Numbered from the whole stretch's first letter, positions 8,391 through 19,221 are shown. The stretch is 63,491 nucleotides of DNA, filler included, from a bacterium (GCA_040757115.1; 10 parts of 10 records of this genome joined end to end with filler, not necessarily neighbours in it); one strand, 5' to 3'. The notes: generated by a model not told the origin, from the sequence alone. Translations and numbers: made by a program.

Positions 8391-10097
8391 ATGGAAAATA
8401 AACCACGAAAAAAAAGATACTTTTTAGGTGAAATGTTAATAGAGTCAAAGATAATTACCCAAAAACAACTGGATGAAGCAATAGAACTACAATTGAAAAC
8501 AGGTGAGAGAATTGGTAATATCTTAAGAAATTTAGGTTATATAACCGAAAATGACCTTTTAGAAACATTAAGTCAACAATTGGGTATTCCTCGAATTAAT
8601 TTTAGCGATATAGGAGAAATCCCGAGTGAAGTATTAAAATTAATTCCAGAATTTATCATTAGAAGACATAATTTAATTCCTATTTCACTTGCAGACCATA
8701 ATTTAACCATAGCTATGTCTGACCCACTGGATATATTTGCCATAGATGATGTAGCGTTATTTATAGGTGACTATCGCATAACTCCAGTAATTGTCTCTGA
8801 GGATGACATAAGAAAAACTATCGATAAATATTATGGCGGAGAGATAACTTTTGAGAAAACAATAGAGAAAATAGAAGTAAAATCCACTGAGGTTGAAGAG
8901 GAAGTAATGGATGTCAGTAAAGTTACCTCTGCGGCTGAAGAAGCTCCATTAGTTAATCTGGTCAATCGTATTATTTCAAATGCGATTCAAACCGGGGCAT
9001 CAGATATTCATATTGAGCCCTATGAGTATAAACTTCGCGTTCGACAAAGAATTGATGGGATTTTATATGAACTTTCTGCTCCACCTAAAAAATTACTTCT
9101 ACCTATTATCTCTCGTATAAAAATTATGTCCAAGGCTGATATTACTGAACATAGACGACCACAAGATAGTCGAGCAAAGGTTATTGTTGGAAATCGAGAG
9201 GTAGATATGCGAATATCTTTTATTCCGACTATTTTTGGCGAAAGGGTTGCGATTAGAATTTTAGACCCCAAAAGTCTATATTTAGATTTATCTAAACTTG
9301 GTTTTGATGAAGAGTCACTTGCAATTTATCAAAAATATATTAAATCTCCTTATGGAATAGTTCTGGTGACAGGTCCAACTGGAAGTGGTAAGACAACAAC
9401 ACTCTATTCAACATTAGCCACACTTAATTCCGTAGAAAAGAATATTATGACCATAGAAGACCCGGTGGAATATGTTCTTCCGGGTATAAATCAGGAGCAG
9501 GTAAGACCAGACCTTGATGTTACCTTTGCCAGTGGTCTAAGGTCTTTTTTGAGGCAAGATCCGGATATTATTATGGTGGGTGAAATACGAGATAAGGAAA
9601 CAGCAGAAACCGCAGTTCATGCCGCATTAACCGGTCATTTAGTCTTAAGCACACTCCATACAAATGATGCGGTAAGTGCGATACCAAGATTGATTTCAAT
9701 GGACATCGTGCCTTTTCTGGTTTCTTCTTCTTTAATTATGATAATTGCCCAGAGACTATTACGAGTTTTATGTCATAAATGTAAAACACCTTATCAAATG
9801 CCAGGTTCCATACTTACAGAAATGGGATTAAAAGTAGAAGATGGAAATAAGGAAATAACTCTATATCATGGCAAAGGCTGTCCTGCTTGTTTCGATACCG
9901 GCTATCGTGGTCGAATTGGGATATTTGAAGTCTTACCCATAGATGAACACATTAGAAATTTAATCTTTAAATCCGCCTCTATTATTGAAATTAAAGAATA
10001 TGCCTGTAAGATAGGAATGAAACCGTTAAAGGAAGTAGGTTTTAGTCGAGTCTTAGATGGCACGACCAGTTTAGAAGAATATTTAAGGGTGATTTAG
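8391..10097 (+). CDS. pilB: Type IV pilus assembly ATPase (PilB/GspE) with MshEN-like N-terminus
   Basis: LGEML..., GASDIHIEP, GPTGSGKTTT, LRQDPDIIMVGEIRD, CxxC pairs, GYRGRIG. Confidence 0.9.
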   Translation: MENKPRKKRYFLGEMLIESKIITQKQLDEAIELQLKTGERIGNILRNLGYITENDLLETLSQQLGIPRINFSDIGEIPSEVLKLIPEFIIRRHNLIPISLADHNLTIAMSDPLDIFAIDDVALFIGDYRITPVIVSEDDIRKTIDKYYGGEITFEKTIEKIEVKSTEVEEEVMDVSKVTSAAEEAPLVNLVNRIISNAIQTGASDIHIEPYEYKLRVRQRIDGILYELSAPPKKLLLPIISRIKIMSKADITEHRRPQDSRAKVIVGNREVDMRISFIPTIFGERVAIRILDPKSLYLDLSKLGFDEESLAIYQKYIKSPYGIVLVTGPTGSGKTTTLYSTLATLNSVEKNIMTIEDPVEYVLPGINQEQVRPDLDVTFASGLRSFLRQDPDIIMVGEIRDKETAETAVHAALTGHLVLSTLHTNDAVSAIPRLISMDIVPFLVSSSLIMIIAQRLLRVLCHKCKTPYQMPGSILTEMGLKVEDGNKEITLYHGKGCPACFDTGYRGRIGIFEVLPIDEHIRNLIFKSASIIEIKEYACKIGMKPLKEVGFSRVLDGTTSLEEYLRVI

Positions 10098-10160
10098 GAA
10101 TTAGATGTCAAAAGACAAAAGAGAAATATCCGCAGAGGAGATTAACACTAAACTAATAAA

Positions 10161-10553
10161 ATGATTCATGGTATTGGAATTGACATTATTGAAATTAAAA
10201 GAATAAAAAAAACCAAAGAACGATTTGGTAACATATTCTTAACTAAAGTTTTTACTGAATCAGAGATTCGGTATTGCCAGACACATCCTAAAACAGAAGA
10301 CCAACATTTTGCCGGGCGATTTGCGGCTAAAGAGGCAGTGTTAAAGGCATTTGGACTCCGATGGCCTTTTATCTCACTTAAAGATATTGAGATAATCCCT
10401 GATGTGATTACAGGTGCTCCGGAGGTGATTTTATACGGAAATATACTTGGCAAGGCAAATAGACTAAAAATATCATCTATCCTTCTCTCTATCTCTCATA
10501 CGAAAGAATACGCCATTGCCCAAGCAATATGTAATGTTGGAGATAAATTATGA
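10161..10553 (+). CDS. acpS: Holo-ACP synthase
   Basis: GIGIDIIE, FAGRFAAKEA, SISH. Confidence 0.95.
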   Translation: MIHGIGIDIIEIKRIKKTKERFGNIFLTKVFTESEIRYCQTHPKTEDQHFAGRFAAKEAVLKAFGLRWPFISLKDIEIIPDVITGAPEVILYGNILGKANRLKISSILLSISHTKEYAIAQAICNVGDKL

Positions 10554-12094
10554 AAGTCGTATCTAAACAACAAATGCAAGAAATTGATAAAAGAGCCAGT
10601 CTTGAATTCAATATCCCGGGTATTGTTCTTATGGAAAATGCTGGACTTGTATCTTCTTTAATTTTAGAGGAGGATTTTCCGGATTTAAAAAACTCTAAAA
10701 TTGCCATCTTTGTCGGTGGAGGTAATAATGGCGGCGATGGATTGGTTGTTGCCAGACATCTGTTTAATCAAGCGATGGATGTCCAGGTGTATTTGTTAAG
10801 AGAACAGGCTCAGATTAAAGGCGATGCCTTGATTAATTTAAACATAGCAAAATCAATCGGTATTCCCATCAAGGAAATAAATGAATTAGAAAAAGAAAAA
10901 ACTAACATCCTTCAAGCAGATATTATTATTGATGCAATACTGGGCACTGGCATCTCAGGAGAGATAGAAGGTTTTTTAGCAGAGGTCATTAATTTTTTAA
11001 ATGAAACTCAGAAACCAGTTATTGCCCTTGACATTCCATCTGGATTAGATGCAGATACAGGTTTTCCTCTGGGATGTAGTATCCGTGCAAATTCTACTTT
11101 TACCTTCGGATTACCAAAGATTGGATTATTACTTTATCCTGGAGCAGAATTAGTCGGAGAGTTGTCTGTTATTGATATAAGTCTTCCTGAACAACTCCTG
11201 AATGATAAGGAGATTAAAGTAAATTTATTATTAGAGGAGGATATTTTTCCGTTATTGCCACAACGGGCTGAAGATAGCCATAAAGGTTCTTGTGGTAAAG
11301 TCATAGTTATTGCTGGCTCGGTGGGTATGACGGGTGCGGCAACAATGACCGCTCAATCTTCCCTGTTGATGGGTGCAGGATTAGTCATATTAGGTATTCC
11401 CAAAAGCCTGAACCTAATTATTGAGATGAAACTTACGGAAGTGATAACGGTACCTTTACCTGAGACTGATGACCAGATACTGAGTCTGAATAGTTATGAT
11501 AAAATTATGGAATTAATAAAAGATGCCTCTTGTCTCGCCATAGGGCCTGGTCTGGGAAGAAATAATGAGGTTGTAAATTTAATTAAAAAGTTAATTCCAA
11601 AGATAAATATTCCAGTGGTTATAGACGCAGACGGATTATTTGCCTTAGTAAATAATTTACACATATTAAAGAATAAAACCTCACCGGTAGTCATTACTCC
11701 TCATCCGGGAGAAATGGCGCGTCTTTTAGGAATAGGTATCGATGAGGTAAAAAGAAATACATTAACTCTCGCTCGAGAATTTGCCCAAAAATACCAATTA
11801 GTGGTTGTGCTAAAAGGTGCGAGAACAATAGTTGCTGACCCAGAAGGTAATATCTTTATCAATCCCACAGGCAATGAAGGTATGGCAACGGCTGGTTGTG
11901 GAGATGTATTAACCGGAATGATAGCTGGATTATTAGCTCAAAAGGTATTGGCATTAAATGCGGCTAAATTAGGTGTTTTCCTGCATGGCCTGGCTGGAGA
12001 TTTAGTTTTAGAAGAAAAAGGGATGTATAGTTTAGTAGCATCTGACTTGATTCTTAAAATTCCAAAAGCGATTAAACGAGTAGACAATAGATAG
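10550..12094 (+). CDS. nnr: Bifunctional NAD(P)H-hydrate epimerase/dehydratase
   Basis: LMENAG, GGGNNGGDG, DIPSG, HKG, GPGLG, DADG, TPHPGE, ATAGCGDVL. Confidence 0.95.
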   Translation: MKVVSKQQMQEIDKRASLEFNIPGIVLMENAGLVSSLILEEDFPDLKNSKIAIFVGGGNNGGDGLVVARHLFNQAMDVQVYLLREQAQIKGDALINLNIAKSIGIPIKEINELEKEKTNILQADIIIDAILGTGISGEIEGFLAEVINFLNETQKPVIALDIPSGLDADTGFPLGCSIRANSTFTFGLPKIGLLLYPGAELVGELSVIDISLPEQLLNDKEIKVNLLLEEDIFPLLPQRAEDSHKGSCGKVIVIAGSVGMTGAATMTAQSSLLMGAGLVILGIPKSLNLIIEMKLTEVITVPLPETDDQILSLNSYDKIMELIKDASCLAIGPGLGRNNEVVNLIKKLIPKINIPVVIDADGLFALVNNLHILKNKTSPVVITPHPGEMARLLGIGIDEVKRNTLTLAREFAQKYQLVVVLKGARTIVADPEGNIFINPTGNEGMATAGCGDVLTGMIAGLLAQKVLALNAAKLGVFLHGLAGDLVLEEKGMYSLVASDLILKIPKAIKRVDNR

Positions 12095-12158
12095 GAAACA
12101 ATAGTCAAATGTAATTTTGACTACTAACTACTGACTACTGACTACTGACTACTATAAG

Positions 12159-12234
12159 GGGGGCGTAGCTCAGTTGGGAGAGCGTCGGCTTCGCATGTCG
12201 AAGGTCAGGGGTTCAAATCCCCTCGCCTCCACCA
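12159..12234 (+). tRNA. tRNA-Ala (CGC)
   Basis: 76-nt cloverleaf GGGGGCG.../CGCCTCC-A-CCA, G3-U70, anticodon loop TTCGCAT, GTTCAAATC T-loop. Confidence 0.95.
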
Positions 12235-12266
12235 ATAAAATAGAATGATGGAGTAAAGGAGAATAT

Positions 12267-12650
12267 TTGATAACTATGCCTCCAGAAATTGGAAGTATCG
12301 TTGAGGGAAAAATTACAAAAATAACGAATTTTGGGGCATTTGTCCAACTTACGGATGGAAATCAAGGGTTAATTCATATCTCTCAAATCGCAAATCAATT
12401 TGTTAAAGATATTTCCGAGCATCTGAAGATAAACGATGTTGTTAAAGTTAAGATTCTGGCAATGAATAAAAAAGGTTGTTTTGACCTATCTCTAAAAGAT
12501 GCACAGGATGACCCTGAAAGTCCAAAGAAAAAAACTGACTTATTTGAAGAAAAATTAGCCCGGTTTTTAAAAAGTAGTGATGAAAGATTATCAGATTTAA
12601 GACGCAATATGGAAGCAAAACGAGGTGGCGGTGGAAGAATTAAATATTGA
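12267..12650 (+). CDS. S1 RNA-binding domain protein (YabR-like)
   Basis: GKITKITNFGAFV...GLIHISQI; FEEKLARFLKSSDERLSDL. Confidence 0.9.
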   Translation: MITMPPEIGSIVEGKITKITNFGAFVQLTDGNQGLIHISQIANQFVKDISEHLKINDVVKVKILAMNKKGCFDLSLKDAQDDPESPKKKTDLFEEKLARFLKSSDERLSDLRRNMEAKRGGGGRIKY

Positions 12651-12652
12651 AA

Positions 12653-12895
12653 GTAACTATTCAGCCACTGATTAACACGGATTAGCACGGAATTGGTTTT
12701 CAAGTTAATAGGACGCAGATTTGCGCAGATTATCAGGATAATAAAAAAAATCGGTAACCGTTCAGGTGGTAATTTACCGCAGAGACGCAGAGAAACAGAG
12801 AGGAAAATATTTGTTTTTTTCGTGTTTTTCGGTGTTTAAAAAGGCTTAAAAACAGTTAGTCGAAAGTCCGTATTACTCGATGTTCAAGTTTTTGG
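12653..12895 (+). repeat. Nested element ends: IS66-type at 12653 and 12754, TACTCGATGTTCAAG end at 12874
   Basis: 12754-12867 is a reverse copy of about 35660-35778; 12874 motif recurs at 63366. Confidence 0.7.
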
Positions 12896-13096
12896 ATAGG
12901 ACTCAATATGATAGAAGTTTTTGGCACGAATTAGCTAAATAAAGAAAGGTCTTTTGCCGATAGTAGAAATAGTGTGAAGACACGAAATTTACTATTNNNN
13001 NNNNNNNNNNNNNNNNNNNNNNNNNNNNNNNNNNNNNNNNTTAATTAATTAANNNNNNNNNNNNNNNNNNNNNNNNNNNNNNNNNNNNNNNNNNNN

Positions 13097-13314
13097 AGAG
13101 TCATTGGATGCGCTATAGCGGTGCATCGAACTCTTGGACCAGGTTTGCTTGACACCGTGAAGAGTGATAATTCACAATTCACAATTGACAATTCACCATT
13201 CACCATTATTAAGGAAATTTAGGAAAGAAATTGTGAATGGTGAATTGTGAATGGTGAATAGTTACCTCTGCGAACTCTTGCGTCTCTGCGGTAAAGGACT
13301 ACCTGAACGGTTAC
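13097..13314 (+). pseudogene. GxxExxY N-terminal remnant followed by a heptamer shell and two IS66-type right ends
   Basis: RVIGCAIAVHRTLGPGLL; TGAATAGTTAC ends 13265, CTGAACGGTTAC ends 13314. Confidence 0.75.
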
Positions 13315-13332
13315 CGTTCTTAATAAAATAAT

Positions 13333-14472
13333 ATGCGAAAGATTTGTGTGGTTACAGGTTCAAGAGCAGAATATGGCTTACTTTCCCCGGTGATGCAGGC
13401 TATTCAACAACATCCGGAATTAAAGCTTTGTGTTGTGGCTTGCGGCATGCATCTTCTGGAAAAATTTGGGCTTACTGTAAAGGAAATAGAAAAAGACGGA
13501 TTTACCATTTCAGAAAAGGTATTTATTCCAGAGCAAGAGGATATTTCAGTCGCATTCGGACAGACAGTAATTGGCATTTCCTATGCAATTGACCGGATTA
13601 ATCCTGATTTTATATTAGTTCTGGGAGATAGATTTGACGCATTAGCCGGGGCGATAGCCGGGGCAAATAAAAATATCCCGGTTGCCCATATCCATGGTGG
13701 AGACAAAACAACAAGCGGACATATCGACGAATCGATACGGTTTGCGATAACTAAATTTGCTCATTTACATTTTGCCGCAACTTCACAAAGTAAAACCCGT
13801 CTAATTCAATCAGGAGAAGAGCCCTTTAGAATTTATCAAGTTGGTTCCCCAGCAATTGATGTTATCCTTTCTAAAAAAGCAACATCTTCATCCCAAACGG
13901 CAAAATTTCTTAATCTTACTATGAATAAACCAATCTTAGTCGTTTTACAGCATCCGGTTAATGTGGAAAAAGATGACTCGGCAAATCAGATAAACCAGAC
14001 ACTACTTGCGGTTAAAAAATTAAAGTATCAAACAATTATTATCTATCCTAATTCTGATTCAGGCTCTTGCGAGATGATTAAAAAAATAGAAGAATATAGA
14101 AAACTACCTCATATCCAGATTTATAAAAATATAGACCACACCCTTTACTTAGGATTATTGAGATTAGCCTCAGTTTTAATTGGCAACTCAAGTAGTGGAA
14201 TAATCGAAGCCCCTTGCTTTAAACTTCCGGTAGTCAATGTCGGCACAAGAAATAAAGGTAGAGAACATGCAGAAAATGTTATATTTGTTGATTATGACAA
14301 ACACAAAATTATAGACGGAATTAAAAAGGCTTTATTTGATAAAGAATTCAAGAAAATAGTAAATAATTGTACCAATCCTTATGGTGATGGAAAATCATCC
14401 TCACGAATTGTGGAAATATTAGCCACCATTTCTCTCGACCGCAAATTACTAACAAAACAAATTATATATTGA
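13333..14472 (+). CDS. neuC: UDP-N-acetylglucosamine 2-epimerase (hydrolysing, NeuC-type)
   Basis: VTGSRAEYGL, LGDRFD, HIHGGD, GNSSSGIIEAP, NPYGDG. Confidence 0.9.
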   Translation: MRKICVVTGSRAEYGLLSPVMQAIQQHPELKLCVVACGMHLLEKFGLTVKEIEKDGFTISEKVFIPEQEDISVAFGQTVIGISYAIDRINPDFILVLGDRFDALAGAIAGANKNIPVAHIHGGDKTTSGHIDESIRFAITKFAHLHFAATSQSKTRLIQSGEEPFRIYQVGSPAIDVILSKKATSSSQTAKFLNLTMNKPILVVLQHPVNVEKDDSANQINQTLLAVKKLKYQTIIIYPNSDSGSCEMIKKIEEYRKLPHIQIYKNIDHTLYLGLLRLASVLIGNSSSGIIEAPCFKLPVVNVGTRNKGREHAENVIFVDYDKHKIIDGIKKALFDKEFKKIVNNCTNPYGDGKSSSRIVEILATISLDRKLLTKQIIY

Positions 14473-14586
14473 TTTTACATTTTATTATGTATCTCCATCC
14501 AATAAGTTACCAAATTTTTCATTTGCCTACAAAATTTCAATTGACATTTATACCATTATCCTATATACTTTTGAAAGAGAGACAAT

Positions 14587-16647
14587 ATGAGTTTAAAAAA
14601 AATCAAGCATAAAGTCCTAAAGATAATCTTTGACGGTTATGGGTTTGACCCTGTAAAGGAAGAGAATATTTTAAAAACCGTCTGGAAAGAATTACCTGAT
14701 GTTATAAAGCAAAAGTTTATCGAAGGATTAAACAAGGCATTTGGTAAAGAGATAGATATTGAACGGAATAAGGAAAATCTATTCTTACAAATATTTTCAA
14801 AGACATTTATTACTACACCACAATATCCTTCTCTAAAGAAATTAGATTATCATCTGGATAAACACCGTGCCCTGAATTTTAAAAAAGTTTTAAACGAGTT
14901 TAATTATAAGAGAAAGAATTATACTGAATTTATTGATGATTTAATAGGAGAAATTTCTAAAAAAGAGAACTATGTTATTTGGACAGTTAATACTCCATTC
15001 ATTTTTTCTCTCCGAAATGAATTCCCTTCTATTGTTACAAAAACAACTGGTAAAGAAATTGGTTATGAAGATTTATCTCCTGAGGTGCAGGGTAGCTCGG
15101 AAACAGGTCATCAACAATTGGGTAATTTAATAGTTGGGCTTCAGCCACCTTTTGAAGTAACAGCAGGAATTGAAGACGGCTCTTTTTTTGAAAATCCGGT
15201 GCTTCAAGAATGCCTGAATGGGGTCAAAGGTTATGAACGGAATCTTAATTTAACCTTTCTTTTGTCAGGAGAAAAAGGAGATGACGGCCGAGTTCATAGC
15301 TGTTGGAATCACTTAGAAGCCTTTTTTAAAATGTTCTTTGAAAATTATGGTATTAGCCCTGATAAACTCAGAATGCAAGTAATCCTGGATGGACGAGATT
15401 CACCACCGTATTCTTCTATTAAAAATGAAAATGGGAAATATAATTTTATGAATAAATTGATAACACTATTGTCACAGTATAATGCGACAGAATCTATTAC
15501 CTGGATAATAGGTCGGGGAATCGGCATGGATAGAGATTATGATGAAATAAAAGGCAAGGCTGACTATGAATTGATGGTAAAAGGGAAAGGGACTATTGTT
15601 AAAGATGTTTCAGAAGCACTTAAAGAGATAGAAAATTTACATAAAAATGGCTATATGGATTCGAATATCCCTCCTATAATTATTAGAGATAAGAATGGAA
15701 GTATTAGAAAAATAGAAACAAATGATTATTTTTTAGACCTTAATTTTAGAGCAGATAGACAGCGGGCAAAAATAGCCTCACTCCTTGGGGCGAAGGAATT
15801 TTTGGTTAGGGAGTCTTCGATTAAAGGAAGGCAATGGAAGGTTGATTGGACAAAAGATGATTTAAAACTACAGGTTTATACTTTGACCGAATATCACCCT
15901 GATTTTGAAAATAAGTATGGGGTAAAAATTTTGTTCCCATCAAAACCTTTTGAACATAATTACTTATCTATTTTAGCAAAGGCGAGTGAGGAACTCAATT
16001 TTAAATTTAATTATCTCTTGTTAGCTGAAAGCACTAAGGCTTTACATGTTGGTTTTTTCATTCGAGGGAAAAGAGAAAAAATTGAAATTCCAGAACATGA
16101 AACAAGAATAATAATTCCATCATACGGAGTTGAATTAGATATTAAAAATGATGACGATTATTTTAAGACACCTCAAATGAAGGCGTATTCTATTATGGGA
16201 ACTCTTTTAAATGAATTATATAGAGAAGACTTCGAGCTTGTAATTGTAAATTTTTCAAACTGTGATATGTTAGGGCATTTAATAGTAAATCATTTCACCG
16301 CCTGTGTTAAAGCGGTGGAGGTTATGGAAGAAATATCAAAGATTATTATTCCTTTTGCATTAAAAATGGGCTATTATATAATATTGACCTCTGACCATGG
16401 TTGCATTGATGATTCATCTCCAGGACATGGATTAAATGATATCCTGACAACCTTTATTTCACCTGATGACGATATAGATTTAACCGTGGATTATAAAGAA
16501 AAGGCTAAATTATTTGATATCCCCTGGTGTGTCCTGGAGATTATGGGTGTAAAGGAATTGATAAAACCTTTCATTCCTGATATTCCTATGACACTTAAAA
16601 CAAGAGGGTTAATAGGTAAATCCCTGATTTCATTAAAACGGTACTAA
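14587..16647 (+). CDS. gpmI: Divergent 2,3-BPG-independent phosphoglycerate mutase-like protein
   Basis: DGYG, SSETGH, DGRD, MDRD, NFRADR, DMLGH, SDHG; upstream TTGACA-17-TATACT at 14541-14569. Confidence 0.7.
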   Translation: MSLKKIKHKVLKIIFDGYGFDPVKEENILKTVWKELPDVIKQKFIEGLNKAFGKEIDIERNKENLFLQIFSKTFITTPQYPSLKKLDYHLDKHRALNFKKVLNEFNYKRKNYTEFIDDLIGEISKKENYVIWTVNTPFIFSLRNEFPSIVTKTTGKEIGYEDLSPEVQGSSETGHQQLGNLIVGLQPPFEVTAGIEDGSFFENPVLQECLNGVKGYERNLNLTFLLSGEKGDDGRVHSCWNHLEAFFKMFFENYGISPDKLRMQVILDGRDSPPYSSIKNENGKYNFMNKLITLLSQYNATESITWIIGRGIGMDRDYDEIKGKADYELMVKGKGTIVKDVSEALKEIENLHKNGYMDSNIPPIIIRDKNGSIRKIETNDYFLDLNFRADRQRAKIASLLGAKEFLVRESSIKGRQWKVDWTKDDLKLQVYTLTEYHPDFENKYGVKILFPSKPFEHNYLSILAKASEELNFKFNYLLLAESTKALHVGFFIRGKREKIEIPEHETRIIIPSYGVELDIKNDDDYFKTPQMKAYSIMGTLLNELYREDFELVIVNFSNCDMLGHLIVNHFTACVKAVEVMEEISKIIIPFALKMGYYIILTSDHGCIDDSSPGHGLNDILTTFISPDDDIDLTVDYKEKAKLFDIPWCVLEIMGVKELIKPFIPDIPMTLKTRGLIGKSLISLKRY

Positions 16648-16665
16648 AATGCTTTTAAGTATTTG

Positions 16666-16957
16666 GTAACTATTCACCGCAGAGACGCAGAGGAACAGAG
16701 AAAAAAGGATTTAAATTAGATTGTGGATACCGGATAGATCTTTTAGTTGAAGAAAAAGTTATCGTAGAATTAAAAGCAGTCGAGCAACTACTTCCGATTC
16801 ACGAAGCTCAACTTTTAACCTATCTAAAAATGATGAATAAAAGGATAGGTTTATTGATCAACTTTAATGTTTCTGTTCTAAGAGATGGAATTAAACGTAT
16901 AGCCAATAGATTTTAATTTTTTCTCTGTGTCTCCGCGTCTCTGCGGTGAATAGTTAC
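16666..16957 (+). mobile_element. IS66-type TIR element carrying the C-terminal half of a GxxExxY gene (16704-16916)
   Basis: About 40-bp imperfect IR GTAACTATTCACCGCAGAGACGC...; internal GYRIDLLVEEKVIVELKAV...AQLLTYLK...GLLINF. Confidence 0.85.
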
Positions 16958-16978
16958 TTTTTAGGTAACGCTTACGAA

Positions 16979-17695
16979 TTAATAATAATACCCCTTATAA
17001 TGATAAAGTTTCTCATAAACATATTGAGGCAGAATATGTTCCTTTTTATTTAATACCACACCTAATATTTTAGTTTGAGTAGATTCTATTGATAATTGAG
17101 CTCGCTGTATCATTTCTCGTTGAGTCTTATCTGCCTCAACAACAAGAATTACACCATCCACATAAGGACATAAAACTAATGGGTCACTACTTGATAAGAC
17201 AGGTGCAGAATCCAATAAAATAATATCGGATGCCCCTTTTAAGACTTGAATAATTTCATTCATCTTATTTGAGCCTAATAACATTGATGTGCTTGATGAT
17301 GATTTACCACTTGGAATTACACATAAATTTTTAATATTTAATTTAGTTACCACATCATTAAGTTGGCAACTATTGATTAATACATCAGATAATCCCGGGT
17401 CTTTGTTTAAATTAAATAGATGATGTATAGTTGGATGATACAAATCACTATCTATAAGTATTGTTTTCATTTCATTCACTTTGGCAAAACCTAAAGCCAG
17501 ATTTGCCGCAACCACAGTTTTTCCTTCTCCGCCAAAGGTACTGGTGATTAATATTGTCTTTAATGAGCCTTCTTTTACCAATAGATATATTTTACCGAGC
17601 AGATTGTAAAAAGCCGCTCCAAATGAAGACCTTAAATCAAAATCAAAAAGTATATTTGTCTTGTAATCTTCAAAACTTTTTCTATGTTTTTTCAT
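16979..17695 (-). CDS. CpsD/CapB-type bacterial tyrosine kinase
   Basis: TSTFGGEGKT, IDSDL, LDSAP, C-terminal Tyr cluster YHYKGYYY. Confidence 0.9.
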   Translation of the reverse strand: MKKHRKSFEDYKTNILFDFDLRSSFGAAFYNLLGKIYLLVKEGSLKTILITSTFGGEGKTVVAANLALGFAKVNEMKTILIDSDLYHPTIHHLFNLNKDPGLSDVLINSCQLNDVVTKLNIKNLCVIPSGKSSSSTSMLLGSNKMNEIIQVLKGASDIILLDSAPVLSSSDPLVLCPYVDGVILVVEADKTQREMIQRAQLSIESTQTKILGVVLNKKEHILPQYVYEKLYHYKGYYY

Positions 17696-17710
17696 TTTCG
17701 TTTTAGCTCC

Positions 17711-19219
17711 TTACTTTTTCATCGGGATTAGTCCTAATACAGGTAATTTTAAATACCCTTCTGCATCTTCAGGTGTTTTAAAAGAATGGTTAATGTATTC
17801 AAGTATAAAGGCTAATGTAATTCCTACCATAATTGAGCATAGAGCACCAATAAGTAAATTTCGTGTTTTGGTTGGCTTTATTGGTAGTAATGGGACCAAT
17901 GCAGGTTCTATAATCCTGATATTTCCAATCTTTATTGCCTCAGAAATCATAGATTCTTGTTGCTTTTCTAGAAGGATATTATACATCTTTTCAGTGGATT
18001 CCACTTCACGGGTAAGCATGGCTAAGACCATCTCCTTTTCTGCTAAACCCTCAAGTTTTGATTTATATTCATTGATGGTTGTAATTAATGCGTTTCCTTT
18101 TGACTCTAAAGCATTTATCTCAGTTTCAAACATTATTATTTTTTCTTTTATATTTTCATGAATAGGATTTAATGTTGAAACCTCCTGACTAATAACCTTT
18201 TCTACTTCACTCTTTATTCTTGCGGTAACCTCCTTAATCTCAGATTCTACTTCTCTAACCTTTGGATGGGTTTTACCATATTTTTTTAATAAAGTTGGTA
18301 ACTTAATCTCTAAAGATGTCAATTCTGCCTTGAGGTCTTTAACGATAGGATTTTCACTAATAGTTGTCGAGGAGATTATTTTTTCATCCTGAAGTTTAAA
18401 TTTCTCTTTTAAATTCCTGTAATTTTCATTTAATTCCTTTTTATTTGCCTGTAATTTATAATACTCTGCCTCAAAATTTGCGATGCTTGCTACTTTACTT
18501 TGCACCTCAGTAGGTAGTGACATAATTCCTTCCTGCTCTTTAAATTGCTTAAGGTTATCTTCATACTTTTTTAATTTAGATTCCATAGTTTTTAATTGTT
18601 CTGTAATGAAATAATACGCGTTTCTGGCTTCACTACTTTTAATATCAAGTGATTGGTCGATATAAACCTGAACTATGGTATTGGCAATTTTTGCGGACAT
18701 CTTAGCATTATGGTCTGTAACTCCGACCATGATAATATCTGTCGTTTTAATAGGAACAATTTGAACACTCTCTTTTACCTTATTTACAACTATTCGAAAA
18801 TGCGAAAGTCCTTCTCCTCTATCTTTTTCAGGTAAAAGATGTCCTGGAATTATCTTTTTGATAGAAGATTTGATAGAATTGATACATTTTTCACTAAAGG
18901 TGGGGGTTATTCTTCTTTTATCCAAATTTAATCTTCTAACTGTTTCCTCAATTATCGGATTACTTTTTATTATTTCACTTTGTGTCTTCAGGACATCACT
19001 TCCTCGTGCAAGTGATACTTCACTCAACTCTTCGGAAAATGGAACTTCCACACCTTTAGGTCCTTCTATTAAAACCTTTACGATTGACAGATAGGTTGGT
19101 CTTTGAAGATTATTTCCAATAATGACCATAATGATGGTGAATAGGAAGATAAGAATTATCATCCATTTCCTTTTATATAATATTTCGATGTAATTAATAC
19201 TACTGGTGTAGTGAATCAA
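17711..19219 (-). CDS. Polysaccharide chain-length determinant (Wzz/GumC)
   Basis: Two TMs, coiled coil, YGKTHPKV, PALVPLLPIKP, LPVLGLIP. Confidence 0.88.
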   Translation of the reverse strand: MIHYTSSINYIEILYKRKWMIILIFLFTIIMVIIGNNLQRPTYLSIVKVLIEGPKGVEVPFSEELSEVSLARGSDVLKTQSEIIKSNPIIEETVRRLNLDKRRITPTFSEKCINSIKSSIKKIIPGHLLPEKDRGEGLSHFRIVVNKVKESVQIVPIKTTDIIMVGVTDHNAKMSAKIANTIVQVYIDQSLDIKSSEARNAYYFITEQLKTMESKLKKYEDNLKQFKEQEGIMSLPTEVQSKVASIANFEAEYYKLQANKKELNENYRNLKEKFKLQDEKIISSTTISENPIVKDLKAELTSLEIKLPTLLKKYGKTHPKVREVESEIKEVTARIKSEVEKVISQEVSTLNPIHENIKEKIIMFETEINALESKGNALITTINEYKSKLEGLAEKEMVLAMLTREVESTEKMYNILLEKQQESMISEAIKIGNIRIIEPALVPLLPIKPTKTRNLLIGALCSIMVGITLAFILEYINHSFKTPEDAEGYLKLPVLGLIPMKK

Positions 19220-19221
19220 TT

